A stretch of 63,250 nucleotides of DNA, filler included, from Squatina squatina (Eukaryota), in the NCBI GenBank assembly GCA_031763465.1. It is 3 parts of 3 records of this genome, joined end to end, with 100 filler letters (N's around TTAATTAATTAA, not from the genome) between each part and the next. Parts side by side here need not be neighbours in the genome. Positions count along the whole stretch, not along the records: positions 18,038 to 32,968 come from JARFOE010000016.1; positions 33,069 to 63,250 come from JARFOE010000162.1; 1 more part is not named here. The stretch is one strand, 5' to 3'. Under the pieces are notes generated by a model, which did no database searches, was not told where the DNA came from, and worked only from the letters and a program-made list of their open reading frames with translations. Of the stretch, positions 24,700-38,061 are shown piece after piece. The position numbers and the translations under genes are program-made. How positions within the stretch are numbered: position 1 is the first letter of the stretch; each line of letters begins with the position of its first letter.

Positions 24700-27600
24700 T
24701 AAATGTGTGTTATTAGCAAGTTTTCAGACTGACGAGCTAGAATTTCCATGACTACAAGCAATCACTTCTGGGTCACTGGCTGTTACCATAGAAAGTCTAG
24801 ATATCCAATTAGATAATGAACTCACAAAACACTTAATGAATCTGTGCAGTGTGTATGATGTGCTGCTGCACTATGTGTGGCAATTAAAGGCTGAAATTGG
24901 GCCCATAGAACTAAGATAGCAAGCATGTTCACACTATAGATCGGTAACCATTTGATTCCTATTCGTAATACCGACTTATTTTTAAACAATTTTTGCACTG
25001 CCAGGAACAGAAGGGTAATTTACATTTCCAGTTACTTCCATTGACAAATTAATTAAGTAGAAGAGGTATTTTCAGCCTTAAAACATCTTTTAGGATTCTA
25101 TTTTTGCCACTGTTGGTCAGCCTGCCAATCAGATACTACCCTTACTCAAACTACACAACTGAGGTGCATGAAAAACTTCCAGATACCACTCAAGACTGAT
25201 ATTCAAATTTCAGCTATCTAATTGGAGTCTCACTATTTCACATCTGGAACATTTTAAATTCAGAATGGTGAAATACAGTGGTGAAACTCTAATGAGGTAG
25301 CTAAAGCTGGCTTTTGAAACTGTATGCTTGAGAGTCCCGTGGGTAGTGATGACTGGAATTTCTAGTAGTATATTGGTCAAAGACAAAGATTAAAGTTTGC
25401 TCTTCTCAATTTATACTGTGCCACCTTTATCATTCGGCAGGACTGACACCTAAATGGAGACTTCACTACAGTGTCTAAATTTGCTAAGTAAAATATGAAT
25501 AGCCCATTTAGTTTGATTTAATTCTATTTTAAAGGAAAATGAAGGTATTTAGGTTTTTTTGGTAGTGGGAGCAGATTTAGTGAGAATATAATATATTAGT
25601 AATAAGTTTCAAATATCTCCCATGATCTACTAGTAATGTGGAAATATTAACTATTAACAACACTNNNNNNNNNNNNNNNNNNNNNNNNNNNNNNNNNNNN
25701 NNNNNNNNNNNNNNNNNNNNNNNNNNNNNNNNNNNNNNNNNNNNNNNNNNNNNNNNNNNNNNNNTATGTGCTGTATGTTCTATGTTCTATGTTGCAAAAT
25801 AAAAAGATTACAGGCAATCATAAAGGGGAGTTCTGATAGGATGAGAACAGTGTTACAATCCACAATAAATTCAGGGTTTTGCTCTGCACTATAAATTCAT
25901 TTTTCTAAAATTCAGGCTGCTACTTTGTGCTCAGGATGATCATTGTCAGTAACGGAATCAAATTAGTACAAGACAAAATGATGCAATCAATGTAAATAGT
26001 GATTTCAAAAGAAGTCCATTTATATAGATTTTTAACACGTGTTTTAGGTCTCAGCTTTGTCTCTCGAAAAAAGCTGAAATCCAAACATTAAACATACATT
26101 CTCATTCAGTGTTGTCTGGTTATATTGATTTTCATGCAGAGTTTTAAAAGATATTTAGCCCTACTACTTTACAGTGTGCCCCATAAATATTTGATTTCCA
26201 TTTAAAACAAGTAATTAAATGTCAAAAATGGTAGCAAAAGTGCCATTCTGAACTAATTTTGACAAAGTCTCACAAAGCCACCACAGAAACACGTGGTAAA
26301 GTTTATAATTTGATTGTACTCAACTAGTACAAATTCATATATATTTTTGTGTGTGTGTATATATGTATATATACATATACACATATATAAAAAATGTAAC
26401 TTTCCAAAAAATGAAACATACATTAGTTATAAACCATCGAAATTTGAATAGAAATTTGTATTTAAAATGACTGACCTAAAAGCCGGTCAGGCAGCTGAAG
26501 CTCCCTTCATAATAAGTAAAGCCCATCTTCAGTGCCTCTTAAGGAAGAAAAGTAGCTGCTTAAAAGTTTTTGCATGGCTCAAAATGTGCACAGTAGNNNN
26601 NNNNNNNNNNNNNNNNNNNNNNNNNNNNNNNNNNNNNNNNNNNNNNNNNNNNNNNNNNNNNNNNNNNNNNNNNNNNNNNNNNNNNNNNNNNNNNNNNNNN
26701 NNNNNNNNNNNNNNNNNNNNNNNNNNNNNNNNNNNNNNNNNNNNNNNNNNNNNNNNNNNNNNNNNNNNNNNNNNNNNNNNNNNNNNNNNNNNTTGCCAAG
26801 ATTTTGTCTCAAAGCTTTGTCTTTCCAAAGGAAAAATAGCTGTCTCACTTACATTATCCAGCTCATCCCAGTAGAAGTGCTAATAGAGTGCAGCAAAAAA
26901 ATGAAAAGCAAGGCTGTTTGTTGGTTAATATACAGACCTCTCAAGTATTGTCTTACATCCATTTCTGCTTCATATAGATATGTTTGTCCTTTTATGTACA
27001 ATGTGCATCATATCCACTTTCAATACAGATAATTATTCGGGCTAAGTGGATAAGCATTCATTCTTTAGTATTACATTTCTCAGATTCCAAGTCATTTCTG
27101 CTAAAAAGTTACATCACAGTTGTAAAATTTTAGTGTAAATTTTTTTTAAATTGGGGGAGGGTAATTTAATGGCCAAGTATCCTTAACGGGGCATTTTGCC
27201 ACTTCTTCCTAGATTGCTTGTAGGAGTACCTTATAACAAGGGAACCTGCCTTGCCACCTGTAACCTAATACTGACTGGCAACATGATGTTAAACCAATAT
27301 TTAACTGTACCAAATATTTACATTAGATCTGTGCAATACTTACGTAGCTATTGCAAGTTTACTTAAAACTAGAAAAGTAGAAAGTTATGGAATACATCCA
27401 TACTTTGGTATATATTAACAGGTTAATACTGTATCCAAATCCAATTTTAATTTGCAATTAACAGCAAATGCCAATTGTTGCTATTATACATCAAATAACA
27501 TCTGACATTAGATTTATGGGAGAAAAGTTCCTGATGATCTATGCATTGCACGTGCTTCTAGATCAGTCACATTTTTGGACAATAATTGGGAAATATGTAT

Positions 27601-30192
27601 GTACAATGCGATTTTACCTGCCATCACTGCAGATGTTGCATTTAGATTTGGAATATCATCCTTTCAGACATACAGACATACAATTATGCACTTGGCCTGT
27701 CCCAATCTATGTTCAGACAATTACTAATACCAAGAACCACATCTTGTATATAGTGTGCAAAAGAGAAAGTTGCATGCAACCCAGTTACACTTCAATAAAA
27801 AAAAATTCAGAGAAAGTAAGTAACTGAGTGAGCAAAAGTACAACTCCATCAGTAGTACTATTCAACAAGAATATCAAAATACCGGGAATCCCACAGGGTC
27901 AGAGAAACAAAAGTACAAATTTCTTTGCAAGATATTGAGCAGATTATTAGATCTGAGCCCTGCAGGAGGTGCATGAAATAAACAGATTGTACCCCTAAGC
28001 ACACAGTCCTCTAACCTGAATAGACCTCAGGTTTTTGACCTCCATTTTCCAACTTTCCCGATGAAGAAAAAGTGCTCAAGAAGCTGAAAGATAAGGCACC
28101 ATCTATGTATATGAGGAAGAGAGTTCCCAAACAAAGAGAGTGCACCCTTAAATTACTTGACGGCCACTAGAATTACTTGAAGGAAGCCCACCATTAATCA
28201 CTGCTTCCATTATTGTAAATTATACTGTTCTAAATTTAGAGAGGATTGTAGAGGGCACCATGTTGGATCTCCTGGTTGTTCAAATGACTATGTAATGTAT
28301 CTAGCTCTGCCAAACCTGATCAGGAAGTGTTTAGTGCCAGCCATGTGCCTTAAAGAAAACCTCAGATTAGTGCGTCCTACTGCATGACTGAATTTTTCCC
28401 AAACCAGCCATTCTCGTAGTCTGCGTGAGATTGCAAATTCAGTGCTAATTATTGCACTGAGTCTATGTCCGCTACAAACANNNNNNNNNNAGCAGGAAAG
28501 ATGGCCCTGCAAGAGGTGGATGCAGGTATAACCATCCAAGCATATGCTTTCTGGGCAGGAGACCCAGGTAGTGGATGTCTATGAGACTGCTTATATAAAC
28601 AGTGATCTCTCCTCATATTTTAATCCTGTAAAAGTGAATATAGACTAATCAGTAACTATGGTGTTGTGTTGTTAAAAGTTTTAAACTGTGCCACCTGATT
28701 CTTAAGTGACACATCTGGTGGACAGATGGCCCTAAAATTCAGATTAACTAGCAAACAGGAAGGGAAATTTACAGGTCCTTTTCTAATCAAGTGAAGATAT
28801 AGACCTACTCAACCGAGCTAACTGATTACTTAATTGCTGCCTGGTAGACCATCCTCTGTTAATGGGTAGAAAGGTCATCTCTTTGATTACCGTTGCAAGT
28901 CTGTTGAGAAGATAACCGTACAATGTAGATGAAACAGGCTACGGACAGATAGCACAGAACTGGAGAGCTTGGGTTTAAAATTAACAGCCTCTAGGAAAAC
29001 TAGAGATTAGAAGATTTATTTTCCCTTTACAGACTAGTGGATGCAGCACACACACACTCAACAAAAGTACTTGAGAGAGAGAGTTGACTATCTATTTGAG
29101 AACAGGCTTGGAAGTAACAGGGATAGGTGGTAACACAAATTATCAAATACAGCTGAACCCGAACATATTGCTACAGAAACCAGTGTGTATGATGATATCA
29201 TAATACTGTGACATGCATTAAAACTGCCACATCACTTCTTATGTCAACGCAGCCATTTCTTCCTCCCTCCCAGTTAGATTAGGTTGGTATTCTATTTTTT
29301 GCAATTGTCACTTAATCGTGGAGTTAGTGGGCTCTGCCCTCTCAAGAGCTGCTCAATTTGTGAATGGTGCTTCCTGATGGGAAGGTGAGAAAGTGCTCTA
29401 CCGCTCTTATAGTTTCCACCTAAAATAGACTATGAGAAAGTGAACTCAAGATCTGTTACTGAGCTTATATTAGCCCAGCTACACAAATAGAAATAAGTTC
29501 TGTAGGGCTATTAGAAGGGAATATAGAGAGATTTGATCCCCAAATCCTTTGGATATGTCACTGTTCATTGGGATTATAGTTGTAAAATAATCCAGGTTAG
29601 ACACAGAATTAAATTCTTGTAACTGTTGAGTGTCAGGTGAGTGCATTTTGTATCTCCTGCTCTGTGCTGTATCCTGGAATGGTGTTGGCCAGGTGCACTG
29701 CCCTTCATTATACCTTGGATTTGCATGCTTTGGTGGATGGTGCTGGTGGAGAGATCTGACTGAAATAACAAACTTTCTTAACTTGTAGTTAGTATTCTTA
29801 TTGGGAGAAATTGGGGNNNNNNNNNNNNNNNNNNNNNNNNNNNNNNNNNNNNNNNNNNNNNNNNNNNNNNNNNNNNNNNNNNNNNNNNNNNNNNNNNNNN
29901 NNNNNNNNNNNNNNNNNNNNNNNNNNNNNNNNNNNNNNNNNNNNNNNNNNNNNNNNNNNNNNNCACTAATAGTGCACTGAATAAAGAATTTAAGCTTCGT
30001 GAAGTGTCATGATTTACAAATGGAGGACAAGAACTGGCTTAAAAGCTGAAATGGATATAAGCAATATCAACACTTTGCCTTTCCCTTCATAGTACAGTCA
30101 TATAATCTGCTTTCCCTTCATATGATGGCATTCTAGTTTCATAAAGTTCGATGTTTCTTCATATCTTCTTTACTTTGTACTGTATAAATACT
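24700..30192 (-). other. NFAT5: Probable long non-coding last exon (3'UTR) of NFAT5
   Basis: A donor follows the NFAT5 stop codon directly, and there is a candidate acceptor ttttttattttag at 30193-30205. The stretch is AT-rich with few recognisable TEs. The distal end is not determined. Confidence 0.5.
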
Positions 30193-30544
30193 CTAAAATA
30201 AAAAAGAAATAAATTGTTAATCGATATCCATGAATCGTTACTGTCATTGCCTATTTAAAAATACTGTACATTATGGAATAGCAGAAAACACAAGTTGAAA
30301 GCAGTGATGTTACCAAATGAATATTTAATGCATTTATATTCAATTGCACTAAGTTATAAAAAAAAGTTTACATACAGCCAGACAAGAGATGTTAAACTGA
30401 GGGCACTGTCTGCATAGTCAGATGAATGGAAAAGATCCCAATGGATTATTTGAAGAAGAGTATGTGTTCTCTGGTATCCTGGTCAATACTTATCTCTCAG
30501 TGCAACTCCCCAAAAACAGATTAACTGACCATTTATCTCACTGC

Positions 30545-30885
30545 TGTTTAATACACCTCAAATTTGGCTGCCCGCAAAAATTCGTCACCATCCTCCGCCT
30601 GCTCCATGATGACGTGCAAGCTGTGATCCTCACCAACAGTTCAACTACAGACCCAATTCAAGTGCAAACTGGGGTCAAGCAAGGCTGTGTCATTGCCACA
30701 CCATTTNNNNNNNNNNNNNNNNNNNNNNNNNNNNNNNNNNNNNNNNNNNNNNNNNNNNNNNNNNNNNNNNNNNNNNNNNNNNNNNNNNNNNNNNNNNNNN
30801 NNNNNNAGGACTATTTAGTCACCTCAGAACCCACAACTCCGGAGTGGAAGCAAGTCATCCTCGACCCGAGGGACTGCCTAAGAGA
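30545..30885 (+). mobile_element. RTE-clade LINE fragments (RT segment and 3' end) on either side of a gap
   Basis: LKFGCPQKFVTILRLLHDDVQA...VQTGVKQGCVIA is an RTE RT motif. gtggaagcaagtcatcctcgacccgagggactgcctaag resembles an RTE 3' terminus. Confidence 0.8.
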
Positions 30886-30892
30886 AAAGAAG

Positions 30893-31035
30893 TTTGTGGG
30901 ACCTTGTGTGCAAATTGACTGCCATGTTTGCTTACATGACAGTGACTACATTTCAAAAGTAGTTCACTGGCTGTGAAGTGCTTTATAAGGTCTTGAAGAA
31001 ACACAAGGTGCTATATAAATGCAAGTTCTTTTCTT
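30893..31035 (+). mobile_element. Deu-type SINE 3' part
   Basis: gggaccttgtgtgcaaattgactgcc...ctgtgaagtgcttt...aaggtgctatataaatgcaagttctttt is the reverse complement of the family at 10649 and 56254. Confidence 0.7.
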
Positions 31036-31652
31036 TAAAAAATATGGCATCATTTACAAAGCCAGAAACAAAATTAGGCTTCATATCTGCTTGAATAGGG
31101 TTGCATCTTTGGAATTGAGTAAATAGAAAGAGCATTGTTTAATTTGCTGGTATGTCATCTAAGTGGATGCATAACAGCTTCCACAAGGGTGTATTCAGGC
31201 CCCACTCCTGGCCTGGATCCTCGAAGAGGGCTAATTCCTTTTTTTTTAAAAAGTGTGCAGATCGGCCCCCTTGCTCAGCAAGTCAAGGGGAACATTGCCA
31301 GCACTGTGGATGACCCTGGACACAAGCCAAAGTTTCCATGGCATAGGGTTGAAGGCGGGGAAGTGGGTGGGGACAGTGGCAGACACTTGGAACCGCTGGC
31401 CCCATGTTAATTAGGTACCCTCTGCGGATCCTGCAAATTCCGGTAGGGACTGCATCCTGTGGATTTTTGGCCCCTGTAATTCTGCATACTACATTCATAA
31501 CCAGTAACATGGGAACTGGAGAAATGACATGTTTTGCATGCACATGTCTACCACTGAAAGGTAACGCCTGGGCCTCAATGTAGCATGCTGCTATTATTTA
31601 TTCATTGCAAGGGATAGAAAACACCTTTGTATAGTACCCAAATTCATCCTAC

Positions 31653-31921
31653 CTATGGATTAAAAGACCTGCTGATGTTGCTTCCTTGGTTCTGTAAAGT
31701 GACAAGGATGTTATCAATTTTTTCCATGTTCTGTTCAGCAGTAATGGTCGATGATAGTTGCCTTGAATCAGTCATCTGCTGTGGGAGGAGAGTAGAAACG
31801 GCCTGTCCTTCAGTCTGTGCCTGCCCTGGCTGGCTTATCACGAGCAGTTGATCAGACAAAGTAGATGGTCCAGTAGGGCATGGCTGAGATACATTCGTTA
31901 TGCTCATTAACTGTCCACAAT
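31653..31921 (-). CDS. NFAT5: NFAT5 (TonEBP) last coding exon
   Basis: Acceptor ttttacacag. TGPSTLSDQLLVISQPGQAQTEGQ...QNMEKIDNILVTLQNQGSNISRSFNP* matches the NFAT5 C-terminus. Confidence 0.92.
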
Positions 31922-32720
31922 CTGTGTAAAACAAGAATATGTAAACATTTCTATGGTAACAAAAGGTAGTGTTATATTCCTGACTATTTTTGTACATTGC
32001 CAAAACAATGACTTCTGGGCAAGACATAAAACAANNNNNNNNNNNNNNNNNNNNNNNNNNNNNNNNNNNNNNNNNNNNNNNNNNNNNNNNNNNNNNNNNN
32101 NNNNNNNNNNNNNNNNNNNNNNNNNNNNNNNNNNAGGATTTATTTACCAATGAGGCAGTAGCACTAAAAACAGGCCTTTGCAAAAACTCAAGGCCCCAAA
32201 AAATCAAGCAAGGCAAACCAGCAAATAAGAAATATCCAAGTGCAAATAAAACTGAGTTGCCTGGGTTTTGTGGCTGGTTCCATGGCTGATGATCTGCATG
32301 TGACTCGCTGGCAAAAGTTTGGACATTCCTGCCATAGCAGATGTGCCAAAACTATAAGAAAACATAAAACAAAATATAGCTAATGGGGTTTTTGGTTGAA
32401 CCCAAAAAATATTCATTTAATATTTAAGGAAGATTTGTCTGGAAGAAGAATGTTGGACTCAGTTGTAAAATTTGGAAATTAACTTTGTCAAATTGTTGCT
32501 TTGCTCTGGTGATGCCAATTAACTCACTTTTTTTCAGCTGGCAGTGTATCAGTAGCTGGCTAGAGGCTAGTCCTTAACAGCAACTTTCAGCAAGGCTACT
32601 ACTTCATTAACAAACATTAATCTTGTTCCTGCTGGCCAGGATTGGTCAAGTTTTTAGCTCTTTGAGTTGAAAGATTTAAATAGACAAAGATTTAAAAACA
32701 TTGCATTGAGCTTCACTAAC

Positions 32721-32853
32721 CTGGATCTGGAGTGAAAGTAAAAGGCTGTACTTCATGTGACCTTCCAGCATTGGTAACGACATATATTCCAACTGAAACT
32801 GGTGATGTTATGCGTGGATTGTGATATGGAGGAACTTTAACAATAAGGTGATT
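32721..32853 (-). CDS. NFAT5: NFAT5 exon (133 nt), end of the Rel-homology/IPT domain
   Basis: ttttcaaag / gttagt boundaries; [44 protein letters not shown]. Absent from the ORF track. Confidence 0.95.
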
Positions 32854-32968
32854 CTTTGAAAAGAAAATAGGAAAACAAAATCACATGTATGATGAACACA
32901 GGTAATATTAATAATCTCAAATCCTTTCAAGAATGTATAAAAATTAATCATTTGCCTGTTTGGGACTA

Positions 32969-33068
32969 NNNNNNNNNNNNNNNNNNNNNNNNNNNNNNNN
33001 NNNNNNNNNNNNTTAATTAATTAANNNNNNNNNNNNNNNNNNNNNNNNNNNNNNNNNNNNNNNNNNNN
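32969..33068. other. Artificial scaffold linker N44-TTAATTAATTAA-N44
   Basis: TTAATTAATTAA at 33013-33024, same construction as 17938-18037. Confidence 0.95.
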
Positions 33069-33092
33069 GAGTAACGGCCCCCTTTGCCGCAG

Positions 33093-33246
33093 GTTGTGGA
33101 TGGAATGATTTATATGGAAGAGAGCGGTTACGTGCATCGGGATCTGAGGTCAGCCAACATTCTTCTGTCCGACACACTGGAGTGCAAGATTGGAGATTTC
33201 AGCCTAACTCAGAAGCTCAAAGGCCACAGATACGTCCTCCTCAAAG
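33093..33246 (+). CDS. Divergent Src-family-type tyrosine kinase exon (catalytic loop to activation loop, 154 nt)
   Basis: ccgcag / gtacat boundaries; VVDGMIYMEESGYVHRDLRSANILLSDTLECKIGDFSLTQKLKGHRYVLLK. HRDLRSAN and the phase 0 to 1 boundaries match the equivalent Src-family exon. Confidence 0.85.
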
Positions 33247-33602
33247 GTACATGCAACTGAGATTATTTAGTGAGAGGTCAGAAACATGCTCTGGATAATA
33301 AAGAGGCTTAGAAAATGTATACAATGCATAGCTGAACCCCGCAGATGAAGAAATTCCTGTTAACTGAGTTACCTGACCTCAGCCAGGGCTTAGGTACAGA
33401 GGCGGAGTTAACCTTAGCACCCTTGAGCGAGGCAGAGGAGCGTAAATCACCCAGGCTTCCTGCTCCTGATTGGCCATGCACCCTGCTGGAAAGTGCCTTT
33501 GTCTGGAGAGCAACAAATGTAGGATCAGGATGTGAGGCCTACAACAGTCAAATGCCCAAATGACATTGAGTGCCAAGGGTCACACACTAGTTGCTGCCAC
33601 TT

Positions 33603-33719
33603 GGGTCAGCCAGGGCACAGTGGGCAGCACTCTTGCCTCTGACTCACAAAGTTGTGGATTCAAATCCCACTCTAGAGACTTGGGCACAAAAATCTAGGCT
33701 GATACTGCAGTGCAGTACT
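33603..33719 (+). mobile_element. tRNA-derived SINE head
   Basis: A-box-like ggcacagtgg and B-box-like ggattcaaatcc (33656-33667), followed by non-tRNA SINE body. Confidence 0.7.
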
Positions 33720-35626
33720 NNNNNNNNNNNNNNNNNNNNNNNNNNNNNNNNNNNNNNNNNNNNNNNNNNNNNNNNNNNNNNNNNNNNNNNNNNNNNNNNN
33801 NNNNNNNNNNNNNNNNNNNGATCTTGGCTAGTGCAGCACTGGGGGCACTACCATTGGCATTGGCTCAGTGAAGGGCAAACCTTCCTGGGTTCTAGCTCCT
33901 GGCTGCTATCCAGCGATCCCTGTTGGAAATTGTATGTGTCGGCATCAGGCTGTGGTGGGTTTGAGCTCAGTTGTGTCTGCAAGGTCGAATAGCCTGCTGA
34001 CGCTTGCTACCGGAGGGCCCCAGGCATCCATGGAACTGTACCCCAGCAAAGAGTGAGCTCCTTCAGGAGGGAAAATTGGTTAGGGGAAAACAGTTTTCAA
34101 AAGTTTCGCTTGGGAAGAACCTTGGGCATTATATTTTTGCTGAATAACCTTCCTTTTCTGTGCTTTTCCTTACCACAACAATTGGTTCTGGAGGCTTGTG
34201 ATTAAGGTCTTGGATTTGAAGCATCCTTATTTTAATTTAGCAAGAGGAGATGTGATAGTTAATGCTGTATAACACGGGAAGTTGTGAGGAATTCTGAAAT
34301 GTTTGCGCTGATTCCGCAGGATGCGGTGTTACGACACGACAACAGCCTGATTGCATTGCGTATTGCAGACATTGATTTGTCATCCCATTTATTCTTTCTG
34401 CAGTCTGTAAAGTTGGTTTAAATTGGTTGACAACAGGATTGGCTGGTGTCCTCAGCTGCTTAAGGGAAACGCCTCTGTTTTGGTCACNNNNNNNNNNTTT
34501 TAAGATTTATATAGGCTCCATGTTCCAATCAAAATTTGAGCTGAAACCTTGAGATTTACAATTTTCAATTGGTATTTAGTAAAATGGCATTAGCTTTTGG
34601 ATTCATGCAGACTATTCTGGTTTAAATATAGTATTTCAGATTCTAATTTTTTTGCTATTTTGTGTGTCTGAAGTGGTATTGTTATATTAAAAAAAAAAAA
34701 AATTTCAAAGACAATTGACTTAAGTCTGTTTTAGGCTGCAAATTCTGTTTGAAGTGTTTGATTGGCATGTTGAATTTTAATCTCCTTCCTCTGCAACATT
34801 GTTATTCGAATGCATTGGGTTGCAGAACCACTGGCATGATAATCCTATCTTTAAAAAGCTACTAGCACAGAGTGAGCACAGAAACAAAAGACCGTAAGAT
34901 TTGTATGTCATCTAAACTTAATACAAGAGTTTGCTTACTGTAGTTGTCTTGTATGTCTGAAAAATAGTGTTCGTTACAAGAATGATTTGAAATCTGGGAA
35001 AAAATTGAGTTGTAGTTTACTGTTCCCAAACTGCTTGCTTTTGCATTCAAATTTAATGTTGCATATTGGCATATCTGTAAGGAAGTTTGACATTAAAACA
35101 AACATCATCCGGCCAGATTCCACATGTACACTGACGAGATCTAGTTCTTNNNNNNNNNNNNNNNNNNNNNNNNNNNNNNNNNNNNNNNNNNNNNNNNNNN
35201 NNNNNNNNNNNNNNNNNNNNNNNNNNNNNNNNNNNNNNNNNNNNNNNNNNNNNNNNNNNNNNNNNNNNNNNNNNNNNNNNNNNNNNNNNNNNNNNNNNNN
35301 NNNNNNNNNNNNNNNNNNNNNNNNNNNNNNNNNNNNNNNNNNNNNNNNNNNNNNNNNNNNNNNNNNNNNNNNNNNNNNNNNNNNNNNNNNNNNNNNNNNN
35401 NNNNNNNNNNNNNNNNNNNNNNNNNNNNNNNNNNNNNNNNNNNNNNNNNNNNNNNNNNNNNNNNNNNNNNNNNNNNNNNNNNNNNNNNNNNNNNNNNNNN
35501 NNNNNNNNNNNNNNNNNNNNNNNNNNNNNNNNNNNNNNNNNNNNNNNNNNNNNNNNNNNNNNNNNNNNNNNNNNNNNNNNNNNNNNNNNNNNNNNNNNNN
35601 NNNNNNNNNNNNNNNNNNNNNNNNNC

Positions 35627-35900
35627 TGCAACTCTCAGCTCTGCGCTCCTTCAATTCTGCCCTCTTGCACATCCCCGATTTTAATCGCTCCACCATTGGC
35701 GGTTGTGCCTTCAGCTGCCGAGACTCTGCCCTGGAATTCCCTCCCTAAACCTCTCCGCCTTTGCTCCTTACAACCTACCTCCTGTCATCATATCTCATAT
35801 GGCTCAGTGTCAAATTTTGTCTGATAACGCTCCTGTGAAGCGCCTTGGGATGTTACTTCTTCGTTAAAGGCGCTACATAAATAGAACTTGTAGTAGTAAA
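35627..35900 (+). mobile_element. L2 LINE 3' end
   Basis: ...RSTIGGCAFS...WNSLP motif (tggaattccctccct), then a tail ctgtgaagcgccttggga...ttaaaggcgctacataaata. Confidence 0.75.
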
Positions 35901-36171
35901 GAGAAATGCATTACTGTTGTGGTCTCTTACTTAAATTGCTATGCAATTAGGTTTAGGGTATTTATGCAAGTTGGACTCCAATTAATACAATGTTTGTTAA
36001 AATCTGTCCTAAAACTTCCTCTAAGCAAAGAATTTGCTGGTTTTTCTGTGATGGTTTATATTCTGTGCTAAATACGTTTTACATTTCTGGTTAGGCTGGT
36101 TTTGTTCTAACACGTCTGACGCAGTTCGTGCCTTTTTCGTCTGCAGGTGGTTGTTATTGATTGGGCTCAGC

Positions 36172-36299
36172 ATGGCCGTGGTCATCCGCTTGCAGGGTCT
36201 CCCCATTGTGGCGGGGACCATGGATATCCGCCATTTCTTCTCTGGATTAACCATTCCTGATGGTGGCGTGCATATTGTAGGTGGTGAACTTGGTGAGGC
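36172..36299 (+). CDS. RBM12: RBM12 coding start (first part of RRM1); frame breaks off at 36299
   Basis: Acceptor tttttcgtctgcag ends at 36146; MAVVIRLQGLPIVAGTMDIRHFFSGLTIPDGGVHIVGGELGEA is the RBM12 N-terminus. Confidence 0.93.
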
Positions 36300-38061
36300 C
36301 TCAACCTTCATACAGTTGATACTCTCACCTCACAGCACATAAGAATAAAATGAAATGGTCACACTTGTTTAACGGGCACTGTTCTACGGTACGTTGCTGT
36401 GACTGAAGATGCAGAGTGGAGTCTGTTGAACCTGACCCATTCAACACATGACTTGGTCTTTTCTGTGTTTAGGTGAGGAGTGGTATTTCTGAGAAATGTG
36501 GTTTCACATCTTGATGAATATAATTACACATTTGTAAAAGTGAAATAGTTACAGTGCTAATAATTAGGGTTAATGTCCAATATTTTTGCTTAAGGATTGA
36601 GTGATGAGAAATCATGACTCTGGTAAATGTGCTAATATATTTTGCATTCGCTAAATTCAGACAGTGTGGTAATGGTACCATTGACCTAGGGCTAGGCAGG
36701 AAAAATCATTTCCCAGGCCCGATGACTACCCAACAATTGTTACTCAAAGTAAAGGTGTCTAGATGTTGAGTAACGACAATAACAGCATTTGACAGCTTCT
36801 GTAGGCAAATAATCTGCTGGCATTCACTGTTGAAGTTCACTTGTGAAAAGGTACAGGAGGGTAATAGCACCTGTGGAACTGCACACCCTGGTAAAGGTTA
36901 GCACTTCAGCAAATGAGGGAAGAAAACTGAGGTGGGAGGGGTGGAGAGGAGAGGGAAATAGGGGGAGCTCATTAATGACCTTAAAAGTTCATCAAATAAT
37001 AATTCCTTTTAAAAAAAGTGACTGACTGACGCACGATAATGACAAATTTAATGAAGACATCCATCATCAGCTACAATCGAAGGTCAATATCAGTCTTCAA
37101 CCTTAAATCAAGGTAATTTTTCACAAGATGAAATGTATTGACTTTCTGACTTGTCTGAGCCTCTAGTTAAAGCCTGCTGATGTCACCTGGATTCAATCAG
37201 TTGTGACACTTGTAGTCACTGAGCATTTGGACATTTCAATCTGAAGTTGACTAGTGTGAGCAAACATTTCAGAATTCAGTTAGTTTGCAACTTGCCTCTA
37301 GTAACATCACGTCTTAAGTGCACTTTGTTTGTACAATTAAAACTTTCCTTTAGTCATTTCACAATTGTACAGCGGGTTTAAAAAGGGCAATGGAAGAGGG
37401 ACAGGTTTAGGAAGTGAGTACCAGAGAGCAGACTCAGTTGAAGACTGCTATCAACAATAGGGGTGAAAGGAGTGCGGGAGCGGGGGGTGGGGAAGAGAAA
37501 GTAGATCAAATCAGAGAAGTGGAATATTTGGGAAGGAATAGTGGGTTGGAGAAGGTTGAAGGGATAGGATGAACCAAGATCATGGAGGCTAGGGATTTTG
37601 AGTTTAACACATGATCGTGGGGGTGGGAGGTGGAGGGGCATGAATGTCTAATTCTAACATTTGGACTCATACATAAAAAACATTAGCTAAGACACAGTTA
37701 TGGATGTGAATGTTTTGTTTAAAAAGCATAAAATATAAGAATCTATACATAGTCAAATGGCACACAGAATAAGTGGTAGTTGATCATGGCCAGCCAATTC
37801 CTTGAGTTTTCAGCTCTCACATCATGATGCTGTGCAAAAACTATTACAGCAATAAATTAACTCAATTTAGGAATAGCTTTATTTCTGTAATACCGTATAA
37901 TCACAGTAACATTAACACACTTCAATTCTGCTTGCCATATCGTATTGTCCCCCCTCCTTAGNNNNNNNNNNNNNNNNNNNNNNNNNNNNNNNNNNNNNNN
38001 NNNNNNNNNNNNNNNNNNNNNNNNNNNNNNNNNNNNNNNNNNNNNNNNNNNNNNNNNNNNN

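Noticed and set aside
33603-33680. tRNA gene
   Set aside because: A and B boxes are present, but there is no convincing cloverleaf and the sequence continues into SINE body.
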